A stretch of 64,000 nucleotides of DNA from an uncultured delta proteobacterium. Its GTDB lineage: Bacteria; Desulfobacterota; BSN033; UBA1163. The first letter of the stretch is position 1. Each line of letters opens with the position of its first letter. The stretch spans positions 177,129 through 241,128 of the forward strand of contig CAWHBU010000007.1 in the NCBI GenBank assembly GCA_963827685.1. Reading direction: 5' to 3'. Positions 10,230 to 20,096 of this stretch are shown here, piece by piece. The notes below the pieces were generated by a model, which ran no database searches, was not told the origin of the DNA, and saw only the letters and a list, made by a program, of their open reading frames with translations. A program made the position numbers and the translations under genes.

Positions 10230-10943
10230 TTAATATAATCTATCCTGGATATTGTCAATCAGCTTATTAAAATAATTTGGCACTTTGGTTTCAAAAGTCA
10301 TCTGCTCGCCGCTGGTGGGGTGTTTGAAAGAAATCGATTTGGAATGAAGCGCTAAACGCCTGTACCCATTCTTGGTTTTACCATATTTACGATCGCCTAC
10401 GATCGGATGTCCCTTATCAGCCATATGTACGCGTATCTGATTCTTCCTGCCGGTCAAGAGATTAATCTCCAGCAGACTAAACTGCTTGGTCTCTTTAAGC
10501 ACCTTATAAGCAGTATGTGCCAGTTTGCCTTTTGTGACATCCGTTGTGGAATAGACGACATAAGCCTTGTTCTCAGACAGGTATGAGGTAATAATTCCCT
10601 CTTTTTGGGCCAACTGACCATAAACCACCGCAACATATTTCTTTTCCGTGCCTTTCCACTGAGCCTGCAAATGGTACTTAACTTCTTCGCTTTTTGCAAA
10701 TATCAGTACGCCGGATGTCCACTGGTCCAGCCTATGAACAATGAAAATTCGGTTTCGCGACTTTAGAGAGCCTTTGCGTACATAATCGGTTAGAATGTAG
10801 TAAGCCGTCTTGAATTTATTAGTCTCCGTCCCCACTGTCAATAGCCCCGCAGGCTTATCTACCACCAAGATATCTCTATCTTCGTAGAGTATTTCTAACC
10901 CTCTTGGCAGATGTTTGCTGGTCGAACGTTTTTTCTTAAGCAT
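10230..10943 (-). CDS. RluA-family pseudouridine synthase (copy 1)
   Basis: DKPAGL, HRLDQWTSG, TGRKNQIRVH, GHPIVGD, LALH. Confidence 0.92.
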   Translation of the reverse strand: MLKKKRSTSKHLPRGLEILYEDRDILVVDKPAGLLTVGTETNKFKTAYYILTDYVRKGSLKSRNRIFIVHRLDQWTSGVLIFAKSEEVKYHLQAQWKGTEKKYVAVVYGQLAQKEGIITSYLSENKAYVVYSTTDVTKGKLAHTAYKVLKETKQFSLLEINLLTGRKNQIRVHMADKGHPIVGDRKYGKTKNGYRRLALHSKSISFKHPTSGEQMTFETKVPNYFNKLIDNIQDRLY

Positions 10944-11176
10944 ACTGAGTACTCTTCTATCTTGTGCAAGTTTACTTGTGCAGGTTATAGCCTATTGCCA
11001 CATTGCTATCGAGTCACAAAGCATGAGGAGTAATAAAGGGGACGGTTCTATTTATTTAGATTCTTTTGCAATATTGCAAGCCTGACCCCACATTCTTACA
11101 TCATCTTCACTTTTTATGGATGACACCACTAATCTATTATGTAGATTAAATCGATGATTTGTGATATTATTAATTT

Positions 11177-11380
11177 GTGAACAGGAAGCCTTTGATTCAA
11201 GCAAATCCTTATCTAAAAGATCCTGCAAACCGGCAAAGACTACTCTCCATAGCGGTTTCTTCTTCTACAGCCATTGAAGGAATTCATAGAGTATTGCCAG
11301 AAGCTATCCGTTTTCGTCCCATAGCAGCCAAATCCGTTATACTTCGTGAACCCGTCGTGTCCTACGGATCACGGCGCTGA
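11177..11380 (+). CDS. Small hypothetical protein (Fic-associated type)
   Basis: KPLIQANPYLKDP...VSSSTAIEGI; overlaps a Fic remnant convergently. Confidence 0.6.
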   Translation: MNRKPLIQANPYLKDPANRQRLLSIAVSSSTAIEGIHRVLPEAIRFRPIAAKSVILREPVVSYGSRR

Positions 11381-11447
11381 AGACTCTCTCCATGGGCTTA
11401 TAGTCTCGATCCAAAGCCGATGCATCATGATGTCCACCCTTTTTCAT
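11337..11447 (-). pseudogene. Internally deleted Fic-family gene
   Basis: MKKGGHHDAS joined to ALDRDYKPMERVFSAVIRRTRR*, resembling the N- and C-termini of Fic proteins (from recall). Confidence 0.55.
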
Positions 11448-11527
11448 TATGAATCATCTTTCTCCGCTGTTGTCTCATTTTCCCCCGCGTTCCGAATTCC
11501 GCACTCCACATTCCGAAATCCGCAATT

Positions 11528-11641
11528 GGAGCGGCCAACTTTTTTATGGATGACCTAAATCCCTTTTAAGATTCTTATAATTTTATGGACGCCCCCTCTG
11601 ATCTCTATCAAGCAAAGTGTATAATGTAGCTTTGACCCCAA
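11528..11641 (+). repeat. Motif A copy 6 plus 109-bp block repeated at 13246-13354
   Basis: Identical apart from one base; ends TTTGACCCCAA. Confidence 0.9.
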
Positions 11642-11680
11642 AGCCCCGCCACATAGTTTTTCTGACACCGAAGCTTTTTT

Positions 11681-12394
11681 CTAATATAATCTACCCTGGA
11701 TATTATCAATCAGCTTATTAAAATAATTTGGCACTTTGGTTTCAAAAGTCATCTGCTCGCCGCTGGTGGGGTGTTTGAAGGAAATCGATTTGGAATGAAG
11801 CGCTAAACGCCTGTACCCATCCTTGGTTTTACCATATTTACGATCGCCTACGATCGGATGTCCCTTATCAGCCATATGTACACGTATCTGATTCTTCCTG
11901 CCGGTCAAAAGATTAATCTCCAGCAGACTAAACTGCTTGGTCTCTTTAAGCACCTTATAAACAGTATGTGCCAGTTTGCCTTTTGTGACATCAGTTGTGG
12001 AATAGACGACATAAGCCTTGTTCTCAGACAGGTATGAGGTAATCATTCCCTCTTTTTGGGCCAACTGACCATAAACCACCGCAACATATTTCTTTTCCGT
12101 GTCTTTCCACTGAGCCTGCAAATGTAACTTAACTTCTTCGCTTTTTGCAAATATCAGTACGCCGGATGTCCACTGGTCCAGCCTATGAACAATGAAAATT
12201 CGGTTTCGCGACTTTAGACAGCCTTTGCGTACATAATCGGTTAGAATGTAGTAAGCCGTCTTGAATTTATTAGTCTCCGTCCCCACTGTCAATAGCCCCG
12301 CAGGCTTATCTACCACCAAGATATCTCTATCTTCGTAGAGTATTTCTAACCCTCTTGGCAGATGTTTGCTGGTCGAATGTTTTTTCTTAAGCAT
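11681..12394 (-). CDS. RluA-family pseudouridine synthase (copy 2)
   Basis: Same motifs as copy 1; 229/237 residues identical. Confidence 0.92.
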   Translation of the reverse strand: MLKKKHSTSKHLPRGLEILYEDRDILVVDKPAGLLTVGTETNKFKTAYYILTDYVRKGCLKSRNRIFIVHRLDQWTSGVLIFAKSEEVKLHLQAQWKDTEKKYVAVVYGQLAQKEGMITSYLSENKAYVVYSTTDVTKGKLAHTVYKVLKETKQFSLLEINLLTGRKNQIRVHMADKGHPIVGDRKYGKTKDGYRRLALHSKSISFKHPTSGEQMTFETKVPNYFNKLIDNIQGRLY

Positions 12395-12534
12395 ACTGAG
12401 TACTCTTCTATCTTGTGCAAGTTTACTTGTGCAGGTTATAGCCTATTGCCACATTGCTATCGAGTCACAAAGCATGAGGAGTAATAAAGGGGACGGTTCT
12501 ATTTATTAAGATTCTTTTGTAATATTGCAAGCCT

Positions 12535-12802
12535 GATTCCAGATCTTGTTGAGCTTTTAGCCCCGTTTCCTTTTCCTCCATGAGTTGAGAGCAGAGATTG
12601 GAGCAGGAAGTAAAAGAACTATAGCCACAAATGGCGCTGCCTACGAAAGGCCTTTGATAAAAGCATTTGCAGCCATACTTTGAAAAGCAATCGACGGCAA
12701 TATGAATCTTAGGAACAAAAATGCAATGCCGGACACTAAAACACTTACCCACCAGGGGCATTCAACAAGTAAATTGAGTATAGATTCATCTTTTCGCGCC
12801 AT
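12535..12802 (-). pseudogene. N-terminal remnant of membrane-anchored Mrr-like restriction endonuclease
   Basis: MARKDESILNLLVECPWWVSV... two TM helices; internal stop at 12641, frameshift, truncated at the RluA repeat edge. Confidence 0.55.
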
Positions 12803-12859
12803 CAACTGCCTCTCAATTTCTAAACATTGAGACGTACACCTAGTTTTTAAGAACTTGAC

Positions 12860-13021
12860 TGAAAAATGGAAGCACCTAAGAGAATTGTGCTCCCCGGAAA
12901 GGGTCACCCCGTTAGAAATTCCAGTCGTTACGACTCCAAACAGAGCGGGGCATTATTTCTAACGGGGTAAATATCTTTTCATATTGTGCGCCCGGCAGCG
13001 CACTTGCCGCCCAGTCAGGCG
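12860..13021. repeat. Module B copy 2
   Basis: Aligns with 4198-4293 once the 12906-12968 insert is removed. Confidence 0.7.
12906..12968. mobile_element. 63-bp palindromic MITE-like insertion
   Basis: ACCCCGTTAGAAAT...ATTTCTAACGGGGT terminal IR; absent from module B copy 1. Confidence 0.75.
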
Positions 13022-13239
13022 CTTTGCATCTCTTGACTACAAAATTCAGTCAACGACTACTCAACGATTCTAAGACTCAATGACCCAATGACCGATTTAT
13101 TCTTGATGCCGTACCCCCTACCCTTTCTGCGCTGCCCTCGCGCAAAATCATCGAGCAGTTTCTTTCTTCAATCTGAAATCTGCAAACTGAAATCGCGACT
13201 CAGCATAAATTCCGCATTCGGCAATTCGCATTCCGCAAT

Positions 13240-13354
13240 GGAATAGGCCAACTTTTTTGTGGATGACCTAAATCCCTTTTAAGATTCTTATAATTTTATG
13301 GACGCCCCCTCTGATCTCTATCAAGCAAAGTGTATAATGTAGCTTTGACCCCAA
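13240..13354 (+). repeat. Motif A copy 7 plus 109-bp block
   Basis: Partner of 11533-11641. Confidence 0.9.
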
Positions 13355-13387
13355 GGTCCCCTCCAATAGCCTATTGACTCATCGCCC

Positions 13388-13420
13388 GAATTACCGGCCA
13401 ACTTTTTTACGGATGACACC
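13388..13420 (+). repeat. Boundary motif A, copy 8
   Basis: GAATTACCGGCCAACTTTTTTACGGATGACACC. Confidence 0.8.
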
Positions 13421-13478
13421 AGAGATCAATTTCTAAAAGCTTAACTTGTTGAATGTTGCGAAGTCCTTTTTGGTTAGC

Positions 13479-14276
13479 CTATTGGATCTTTTTTACTCTT
13501 TCCACTATTTTGGGCAGGATGTCTCCGGTTTTTCCTTGAATGAGATAATCTGAAATTCTTCTAGTCAAAGGAGTGGGCTCGGCATTTACTTCAACGATGA
13601 TTGTGCCCGGATTAGCTATCTGTGGTAAACTGGCAAAAGGATAAACGACAGCCGAGGTCCCACAAATTAGCATTAAATCGCATTTCCAAGCCTCTCTTTG
13701 ACTTCCTTCAAGAACGTCACTTGGAATGGGTTCCCCGAAGGAAACGACATCACCTTTGATCACTCCTCCACATTGGCAATAAGGAGGAAGCTTCCCCTCC
13801 ATTCTAATTTTCTCTAAACTGAGTTCATCTTTGCTGAACCTTCTATTACATACGACACACCTTAACTTATTAATGCCTCCATGGTACTCAATCGTTTTCT
13901 TGCTCCCTGCCTTTTCATGTAATCCATCTATATTTTGGGTAATGACGCATTTTAATATTCCCATTTTCTCGAGTTCGGCTAAAGCGTCATGTCCAGGATT
14001 AGGTTGAAACTTTCCAATCTCCCCAAGAATTGAGAAGAGCCTCGACACAGAGCTCTGAGGGTCCAGTCTTTCTTCCCAATATCTTGTTGGATTCGCCTTG
14101 AATTGCTCATAGACTTCATACGCCTTCATTTCAGCTTCAGGATTTTTGGTCCAAATTCCGTCTGGGCCACGGAAATCAGGGATTCCCGATTCGGTTGAAA
14201 TCCCAGCACCGGTTAAAGCTATCCCGTATCTCGCCTTGATTAAATCTTGGGCTGCCCTTTGTATTAAATCTTCCAT
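13479..14276 (-). CDS. cobB: Sir2-family NAD-dependent deacylase
   Basis: GAGISTESGIPDFRG, ITQNIDGLH, HG..CxxC..CxC, GTSAVVYP. Confidence 0.9.
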   Translation of the reverse strand: MEDLIQRAAQDLIKARYGIALTGAGISTESGIPDFRGPDGIWTKNPEAEMKAYEVYEQFKANPTRYWEERLDPQSSVSRLFSILGEIGKFQPNPGHDALAELEKMGILKCVITQNIDGLHEKAGSKKTIEYHGGINKLRCVVCNRRFSKDELSLEKIRMEGKLPPYCQCGGVIKGDVVSFGEPIPSDVLEGSQREAWKCDLMLICGTSAVVYPFASLPQIANPGTIIVEVNAEPTPLTRRISDYLIQGKTGDILPKIVERVKKIQ

Positions 14277-14535
14277 CTCCTATCTCCTCATCCAGCAATT
14301 TGAGCATATTTGAAAAACTAACTTGTTGAACGTTGCGGCCTGCCCCCGAAGTCTTCGCATTTTTATAGATGATACCGGTTTGCGATAGGTCTATTTCTTA
14401 AATAACTTAACTACGTCCCCGAGGTCCGTCACTGATCTTTCGCGTCAACAAATAAGTCAACAAAAAAATAAGGACCCCTGCTATCACTGCGATGAGGGCA
14501 ATAGTGTTACTTTCTATTTTTTTTCTTGAAGAAAT

Positions 14536-15180
14536 CTAAGGCCGCCATACATTGATAGGCTTCAATGCAGCATATAGATCTTCCGTGAAAAGTCTATCCG
14601 ACTCACTGGCGTCCGCGGCGCCGGATGGGTGATTGTGCGCCATGATCACCATGCTTGCGTTCGCCTGCAACGCCCGCGCCACAATCAATCGGATCTGTGG
14701 CCTGGCTTGGTCAACCGACCCGACAGCAAGCAAAGCGTCTTCAAGTAAAGTCCCGCGCCGATTCAGGAACAAAGCCCTAAAATGCTCCTCGGGAAGTCCC
14801 TGTAATCGTGATTGCAGGTATTCCGCAGCTGCATGTGTATTCTTTAGTGACAGCCGATATCGCACATCTGGGAGTGATATGCGCCGGCCAATCTCCATGG
14901 CCGCCGCCAACTGCGCTGCCTTTGCAGCTTTCAAACCCCTAACTTCCAGTAGGGCCGAAAGCGGAATCCCAGCCACTGCTCGGAGGGAACCAAATCTCCT
15001 AAGGATTTGCCGCGCCAATTCAACGGCACTCGTACCCTTGACGCCCACGCGGAGAAGGATCGCCACAAGTTCAGCGTCTGTCAAAGCTTGCGCCCCTTGG
15101 CGTAACAGCCGCTCCCGTGGCCGTTCATTCTCCGGCCAAGCCACAATGCCTTTTGACTTATTTTTTGCTAATTTAGACAT
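14536..15180 (-). pseudogene. radC: RadC (JAB domain) protein, C-terminally truncated
   Basis: ERPRERLL, ELVAILLR.G, HNHPSG..ASESD present; the usual terminal LLDHxI segment is missing. Confidence 0.75.
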
Positions 15181-15246
15181 TTCAACTTGCCTGTAGGGGT
15201 CCGGGGGACGTTGTTCAATTCTTTCACTAATTTTCCCTTCGGATAT

Positions 15247-15322
15247 CTCATCCACCCTCACCCTCTTTACCGTAAGGCGCAAGGCGTAAGTCATAAGACG
15301 CAAACAACAAAAAAGCCCATTC
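15247..15322 (-). repeat. Boundary element type 2
   Basis: Minus strand GAATGGGCTTTTTTG...heptamers...GGTGAGGGTGGATGAG. Confidence 0.65.
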
Positions 15323-15366
15323 TTTTTTAGAACAGGCTTAAGTTTGACGCAAAATCAGTGCCCATA

Positions 15367-15747
15367 TTATTCCAACCCGATAGGCAAATTCCTATATCTG
15401 GCAGATGTCTCATCAATCGTGACGACGACCCCTTCTTCTAACTCCTTCTCCATAGTGGATACGACTTCAATAATACGAGATGTAACAAGATCAGGTCTTG
15501 GATTCTCAAGACGAAGGTTTATGAGGCTTGGCTTTCCATATCCGCTTAATGCCAAGATTGCAGAAAAATCAAGATCTTGTGTAATGACTACCTTGTTTTG
15601 CTGTTGTGCATAGATAAGAATGTCTATGTCTTTGCTCCCTCTGTCCATTACCTCGGAAACCCGAACAATATTCCACCCGTTTTTTCTCAACTGTTCAACG
15701 GTCAAAGGAGAGATATTCATATCGGTGAGGAATTCAAGCCTAGGCAC
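15367..15747 (-). CDS. DUF5615 PIN-like toxin
   Basis: FLTDMNISP, DIDILIYA, VVITQDLDF; coupled to DUF433. Confidence 0.85.
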   Translation of the reverse strand: MPRLEFLTDMNISPLTVEQLRKNGWNIVRVSEVMDRGSKDIDILIYAQQQNKVVITQDLDFSAILALSGYGKPSLINLRLENPRPDLVTSRIIEVVSTMEKELEEGVVVTIDETSARYRNLPIGLE

Positions 15748-15985
15748 CTGCGACTCCTTTTATTGGAATCGGTTTTGCCTTCTCTGAAGAGAGCCAAGCC
15801 GCGTACTTTAAGGCTTGAACGACGTCCTCTTCTTCAAGTTCTGGATAAACCTTCAAAATTTCTCGCGTTGTCATCCCACTGGCAACGAGTTTGAGGATAA
15901 CTGAAACGGTTATCCTCATTCCTCGAATAGTGGGTTGCCCGAGGCAAACCTCTGGATCAATGGTTATCCGATCGAGTTCTTTCAT
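15740..15985 (-). CDS. DUF433 antitoxin
   Basis: RITIDPEVCLGQPTIRGMRITV...YPELEEEDV.QALKYAA. Confidence 0.9.
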   Translation of the reverse strand: MKELDRITIDPEVCLGQPTIRGMRITVSVILKLVASGMTTREILKVYPELEEEDVVQALKYAAWLSSEKAKPIPIKGVAGA

Positions 15986-16067
15986 AGGTTTAATCTCCTA
16001 ATCTTTTTGTTATTATATACACCAAATTACAAAAAATAGAAATAACAATGCAGGATAGGAGCGAAAT

Positions 16068-16204
16068 CTCATTCCCCCTCACCTTTCAATTGCTACCAAC
16101 TTCTCGTATAGAGCATAGCGCAGAGCGCATAGCGTTGGCTCTCGATCGCAAGCGTAAAGCGCAAGGCGTAAGCCGTAAGACACAAAAACAAAAAAGCCCA
16201 TTCC
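16068..16204 (-). repeat. Boundary element type 2
   Basis: Minus strand GGAATGGGCTTTTTTG...heptamers...AGGTGAGGGGGAATGAG. Confidence 0.65.
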
Positions 16205-16370
16205 ATTAATACCGTGATTCGTGGCCCCCTCAACCCACCGGGGCCGAAAACGGCGTGTTCCGTGTCCGTAAATCATTGAAAAACAAAAAGCCCATCCCAT
16301 TAATACAGTGATTCGTGACCCCCTCTACTCACTGGGGCCGAAGACGGCGTGATTCGTGAATCGCAAATAA
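16186..16370. repeat. Two ~95-bp tandem units
   Basis: AAACAAAAAGCCCAT.CCATTAATAC.GTGATTCGTG.CCCCCTC...GGGGCCGAA.ACGGCGTG repeated. Confidence 0.8.
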
Positions 16371-16398
16371 AACCAAAACGCAAGACATGAGGTAACAC

Positions 16399-16953
16399 CT
16401 AACTTTTCCTCTTCATTTTTGTGACATAAGGAACTTTAGGCTCTTCTACCAGAAAACCTATTCGTTTCTTTGGCGGTTCGGGCTCTGGCGGTGCCATTAA
16501 CTGGCGGATAGCATCGAAAACTATTTTGAACTGGGCATCGTATTTCTTTTCCAGGGCATCCAGCCTCCTGGCCAAATCTGTGTGCTGTGATATAATCTCC
16601 CGGAGTTTTGCAAAGGTCCGCATGATCTGGATATTGACCTGCACAGCCCTGGGACTGTTCAAAACACTGGATAGCATGGCCACACCGTGCTCTGTAAAGG
16701 CATAAGGGAGTGCCCCGCCAAAATACTTCTTGTGTGGTATCACATTTTGTGATACCAAGCGCTCCGCCTCAGCACTATTAAGCTGAAACATAAAATCTTC
16801 AGGAAACCTACTGATATTTCTCTTGACTGCCTGATTTAACACCCTTGTTTCAACCTCATAGAGTTCAGCCAAGTGCGTACTTAACATAACCTTTTGCCCA
16901 CGAATCAATAAAATTCGCCGCTCAATGACCCCTAAAGGAACAAGTGTCTCCAC
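16399..16953 (-). CDS. ORF6N-domain DNA-binding protein
   Basis: [53 protein letters not shown]. Confidence 0.9.
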   Translation of the reverse strand: METLVPLGVIERRILLIRGQKVMLSTHLAELYEVETRVLNQAVKRNISRFPEDFMFQLNSAEAERLVSQNVIPHKKYFGGALPYAFTEHGVAMLSSVLNSPRAVQVNIQIMRTFAKLREIISQHTDLARRLDALEKKYDAQFKIVFDAIRQLMAPPEPEPPKKRIGFLVEEPKVPYVTKMKRKS

Positions 16954-17044
16954 TTAGCCACCTCGAGGATATCACAAATTGTGATCACCTTTAGCTTATC
17001 AAATATCTAAGGCCATACCAGGAAAACAAAAAGCCCACTTCCAC

Positions 17045-17445
17045 TCCACAATTGAACCGGCAATTTTCTGCTTGGTTTTAACCGTCAATAATTGCCATTG
17101 TTTCTTGTTCTGCAGAACAGCAGTCAATTGTGGAGCTGCTGCCTCCACAATCTATGGATAGGTTAAGTAGAATTGCCGGTACCTGTAAAGTTCACGACGA
17201 TCACACCGGGAAAGACCAAGTTTCCTGAGAGTTTCGGAAAGATCATCCATGAGCCTTTCACCCTATTTGGCACGATCCACTCCTAAACGCTCATATCGTT
17301 CAATGTAATAGCCGATAGCCCAGTTTCTCAGCGTCAGGCTGATATTGACCGCTTTGCTTGCTTGAGCCGAAAAAAGATCATGGGCCTTCCGTATAGATAA
17401 GACCAATTCGGCAAAAGTTAAATTTGTTTTCTTCTGCGTGCTCAT
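17045..17445 (-). pseudogene. YhcG/DUF1016 N-terminal remnant
   Basis: KAVNISLTLRNWAIGYYI...RAK*GERL...LYRYRQFYLTYP*; in-frame stops, nuclease domain absent. Confidence 0.75.
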
Positions 17446-17735
17446 AAATATTCTGCTTTCAGCTTGGTTTTGCATTCAGGACAGCAGAACGTGTTTTCGT
17501 TTACCTTTATAAAACGCAGCCCAGTATCCTTAACGGCATGGTCCTTCTTATGATAGGTAAACAGGCTGCCATCAAAGGCAACGTCTTCTATCAAGCCGCA
17601 GGTACATTCCAGTAATTCTCTATCATGAGTGAATAGACCGATTGCTTCTGCCTGTTCTTTTACCTTCACAAGCCTTCTTACCAATGGCTTCAGGTCGGAC
17701 AGGGAGGAACCATCATCATGGGTTTTTTCACTCAT
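17442..17735 (-). CDS. Hypothetical protein with CxC/CPEC zinc-ribbon
   Basis: DRELLECTCGLIED...FCCPEC; GGAAGGA RBS; overlaps next start. Confidence 0.65.
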   Translation of the reverse strand: MSEKTHDDGSSLSDLKPLVRRLVKVKEQAEAIGLFTHDRELLECTCGLIEDVAFDGSLFTYHKKDHAVKDTGLRFIKVNENTFCCPECKTKLKAEYL

Positions 17736-17833
17736 TCCTTCACCTCCAGCCTCACAAGTGGAACAGGGACGGTGGTTCTAAAACAACTTAGGTCCGAGGG
17801 ACCAGGTCGAATTCTGTCACTTGTTTTTCCCTT

Positions 17834-18022
17834 TCAGAAGCCTCGTTCCCCATCACCTTTCAATTGTTCCGGAGTGCGCTCCTGTAACCACAGCTTGCAG
17901 ACATTCTTCCAACCTATCCTGCGCCATTTTTTAAAAACCGCCTTCAACTCGTTCAAGTCGTTTGCTTCCAGAAGATCTCTCTGGGCAGCTTTAAAATCTT
18001 CAAGAGATGCAATGGCCGGCAT
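17834..18022 (-). CDS. Small hypothetical protein
   Basis: 62 aa, GAGG RBS, FKKWRRIGWKNVCKLW. Confidence 0.6.
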   Translation of the reverse strand: MPAIASLEDFKAAQRDLLEANDLNELKAVFKKWRRIGWKNVCKLWLQERTPEQLKGDGERGF

Positions 18023-18138
18023 GGTCTACCTCAAAATACCGCAGAGCGCATAGCGCATAGCGTAAATTCTTTATCGTGAGGCGCGAGGCGTAAGTCGTAG
18101 AAGGGAAAGAATTTAAAAAGTACAATTCCAAACCTTGT

Positions 18139-18273
18139 TCAACGAAGCCAGCGCTCGATCGGCGTTTTCAAAAATTCCCCCACTGGAATTCCTTGCTCTC
18201 CGACCAAGAGCTGACGTTTTACCCGAAAGGCTTTCGATAAGGCTTCCATCCCGAGAAGACGGCCCACCGTATA
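18139..18273 (-). pseudogene. C-terminal remnant of AAA+/DUF4143 ATPase (copy 1)
   Basis: GMEALSKAFRVKRQLLVGEQGIPVGEFLKTPIERWLR*, resembling the recalled family C-terminus. Confidence 0.6.
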
Positions 18274-18316
18274 ACAAATTACTCAATATGCTGAGTATTA
18301 TTACTCAACGTAATTA

Positions 18317-19421
18317 ATACAAACGCATTAAGTAATGTTACATAGCCTACGAATCTTTTGACAAGACCATGAGCGAGTTGTTTTACAAACGACAGACCAA
18401 AGATTATCAAGGTTTTCAAACCAACGGTTGGTGGTGGATTCATAGCGAACACTGCGCCAAATCCGTTCTTGCACGTTTAATCCCGGTTGATACGGGGGTA
18501 AATATTCGATATGGAGCCTCGGATGTTTTTTAAGAAATTGTTCGATGGGATCGCCTCTGTGCCAGCGGGCCCTGTCGACATAAAGCCAAATGGTATATTC
18601 TTTAAACCTTCCATAGAGGTGGCGCAAAAGTTTGAGAAACCCTTCTCTATCCCCCCGTTTTGTCTGAATCATGCCATAGCGTCCAAGCAAAGGATTGACC
18701 CACCCAGAGATATTCAAACGGATACGATGCTGGCTGGTCGTGGGAATCTTAAGACGCTTTCCTTTTTTCGCCCAGCCCCGGCTAAGCCTGGGGTGCATCG
18801 TAAAGCCTGTCTCATCCTGGAATACAATTGTCTCTTTTGGCCCCAGGGACTCAAGTTTTTTTTAAAGCCCGCTGGAACTTTCGGGCTTCTTGGCTTTGTG
18901 CTTGAAGATAAGAATAACTCGCTCTCTTTAACCGATAACCCAAATGATGCATCCAGCGTTGGGCTTGCCGCACCTTCAGGTTTATCCCGAAAGACCGTTT
19001 CAGATGAATCGCAACCGTTGGCCCATCCCATTGAGTCCGGTTTAAACCAAATTCCCGCGGAGACTTCTCTAAGTGTCCCTCCAGCACCCTTTGAATCTTT
19101 GTCTCTAACCGTGGAGGCCTTCCCGATCTTGGCTTGGATTTTAAGAACTCTAAGCCGTCTTTGTTCACCCCGTGAATCCATCGGCTTAAACTCATCCGGG
19201 TCAACCCTAACACCTCGGTTATCCATCCCGGACGTTGCCCTTCAAGCACCAGGAGTAAGGCGGCTATCTTTATGCCTATCCAAGCCCCTGATATTTGTTC
19301 GGCTAATGCTAATAAATGCTCTTTATTGGCCTCTTTATGCTCTAAGATTAATGTGGGATTTTTCATGCCCACATATTAACATAAATAAACTGTTATGTCA
19401 CTTTATTTAGGACGTTTGTAT
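18317..19421 (-). mobile_element. IS630-family insertion sequence
   Basis: Imperfect 28-bp IRs starting ATACAAACG; TA duplication; empty site visible at 21084-21085. Confidence 0.92.
18328..19372 (-). CDS. IS630 transposase in two ORFs (HTH 18851-19372; DDE 18328-~18855)
   Basis: HTH with GRPPRL; FQDETG, VDRARWH, LPPYQPGLNVQERIW; frames switch at an A8 run (18856-18863). Confidence 0.88.
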
Positions 19422-19541
19422 TAGTAAATTAAGTACCTCAACCGTGAGCCGTGAGGCATAATCGACTAGACAGTTTTTTGGCCAGAGTGGTCTTGCCGAC
19501 ACCTGGTAACCCAATAATGTGAATGATGGGGAAGAGGCTCA

Positions 19542-20096
19542 TCAACGGATCTCTTTCTCTATGCTTCTAAAAACCTTTAAGAAATGCTGTCCCAATGATT
19601 TGTCAAACTCCTTCAACCACTTTTTGATATAGCCTGAATCATACCTCGGGTTTTTTAACAGAATGGATCTCACATCCTCAAGATCCCTTGCCCTTCCGGC
19701 GATGACCTTATGGATCACGAGATCCTCAAGGGATGCAAATCTTACAGAAGTTCTACCCAGTTTGATATCTTTTGCCCTCTCAATGGCTTGCCTTTCATAC
19801 GGGGAGAATGAAAAGATAAAATCAACTCGAATACCACTTCTTTTATCTATGGTAGGAAGCACCATGTTCCGCTCCACAAATTCCTTTTCCTTCTGAACAA
19901 GACTCTTGAGGCCAATGATCGGGATGATTTTCTTAACTCTATCCAATCCACCCACACCCATCCCCAAGGTGATATCAATATCCCGGGTCAGTCTTGGCTC
20001 TCCATAAAGAAGCACAGCTTGGCCGCCTATGACCATGTAGGGAATCGAGGCCTTCTTCAACTGAAGCGCAATCTTTTTAAGCAATCTCTCAAACAC
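19542..20096 (-). CDS. Nucleotidyltransferase (TA-associated type)
   Basis: YMVIGGQAV..YGEPRLTRDID, EDLVIHKVIAGRARDLED. Confidence 0.85.
   Translation of the reverse strand: MFERLLKKIALQLKKASIPYMVIGGQAVLLYGEPRLTRDIDITLGMGVGGLDRVKKIIPIIGLKSLVQKEKEFVERNMVLPTIDKRSGIRVDFIFSFSPYERQAIERAKDIKLGRTSVRFASLEDLVIHKVIAGRARDLEDVRSILLKNPRYDSGYIKKWLKEFDKSLGQHFLKVFRSIEKEIR

Larger units (their letters stand above)
10202..12536. repeat. 884-bp near-identical direct repeat (10202-11085 / 11653-12536) carrying RluA
   Basis: Constant 1451-bp offset; 8 amino-acid differences between the two ORFs. Confidence 0.92.

Noticed and set aside
18511-19410. 299-aa + strand ORF and 170-aa alternative-frame ORF
   Set aside because: Shadow frames of the IS630 transposase; no recognisable domain
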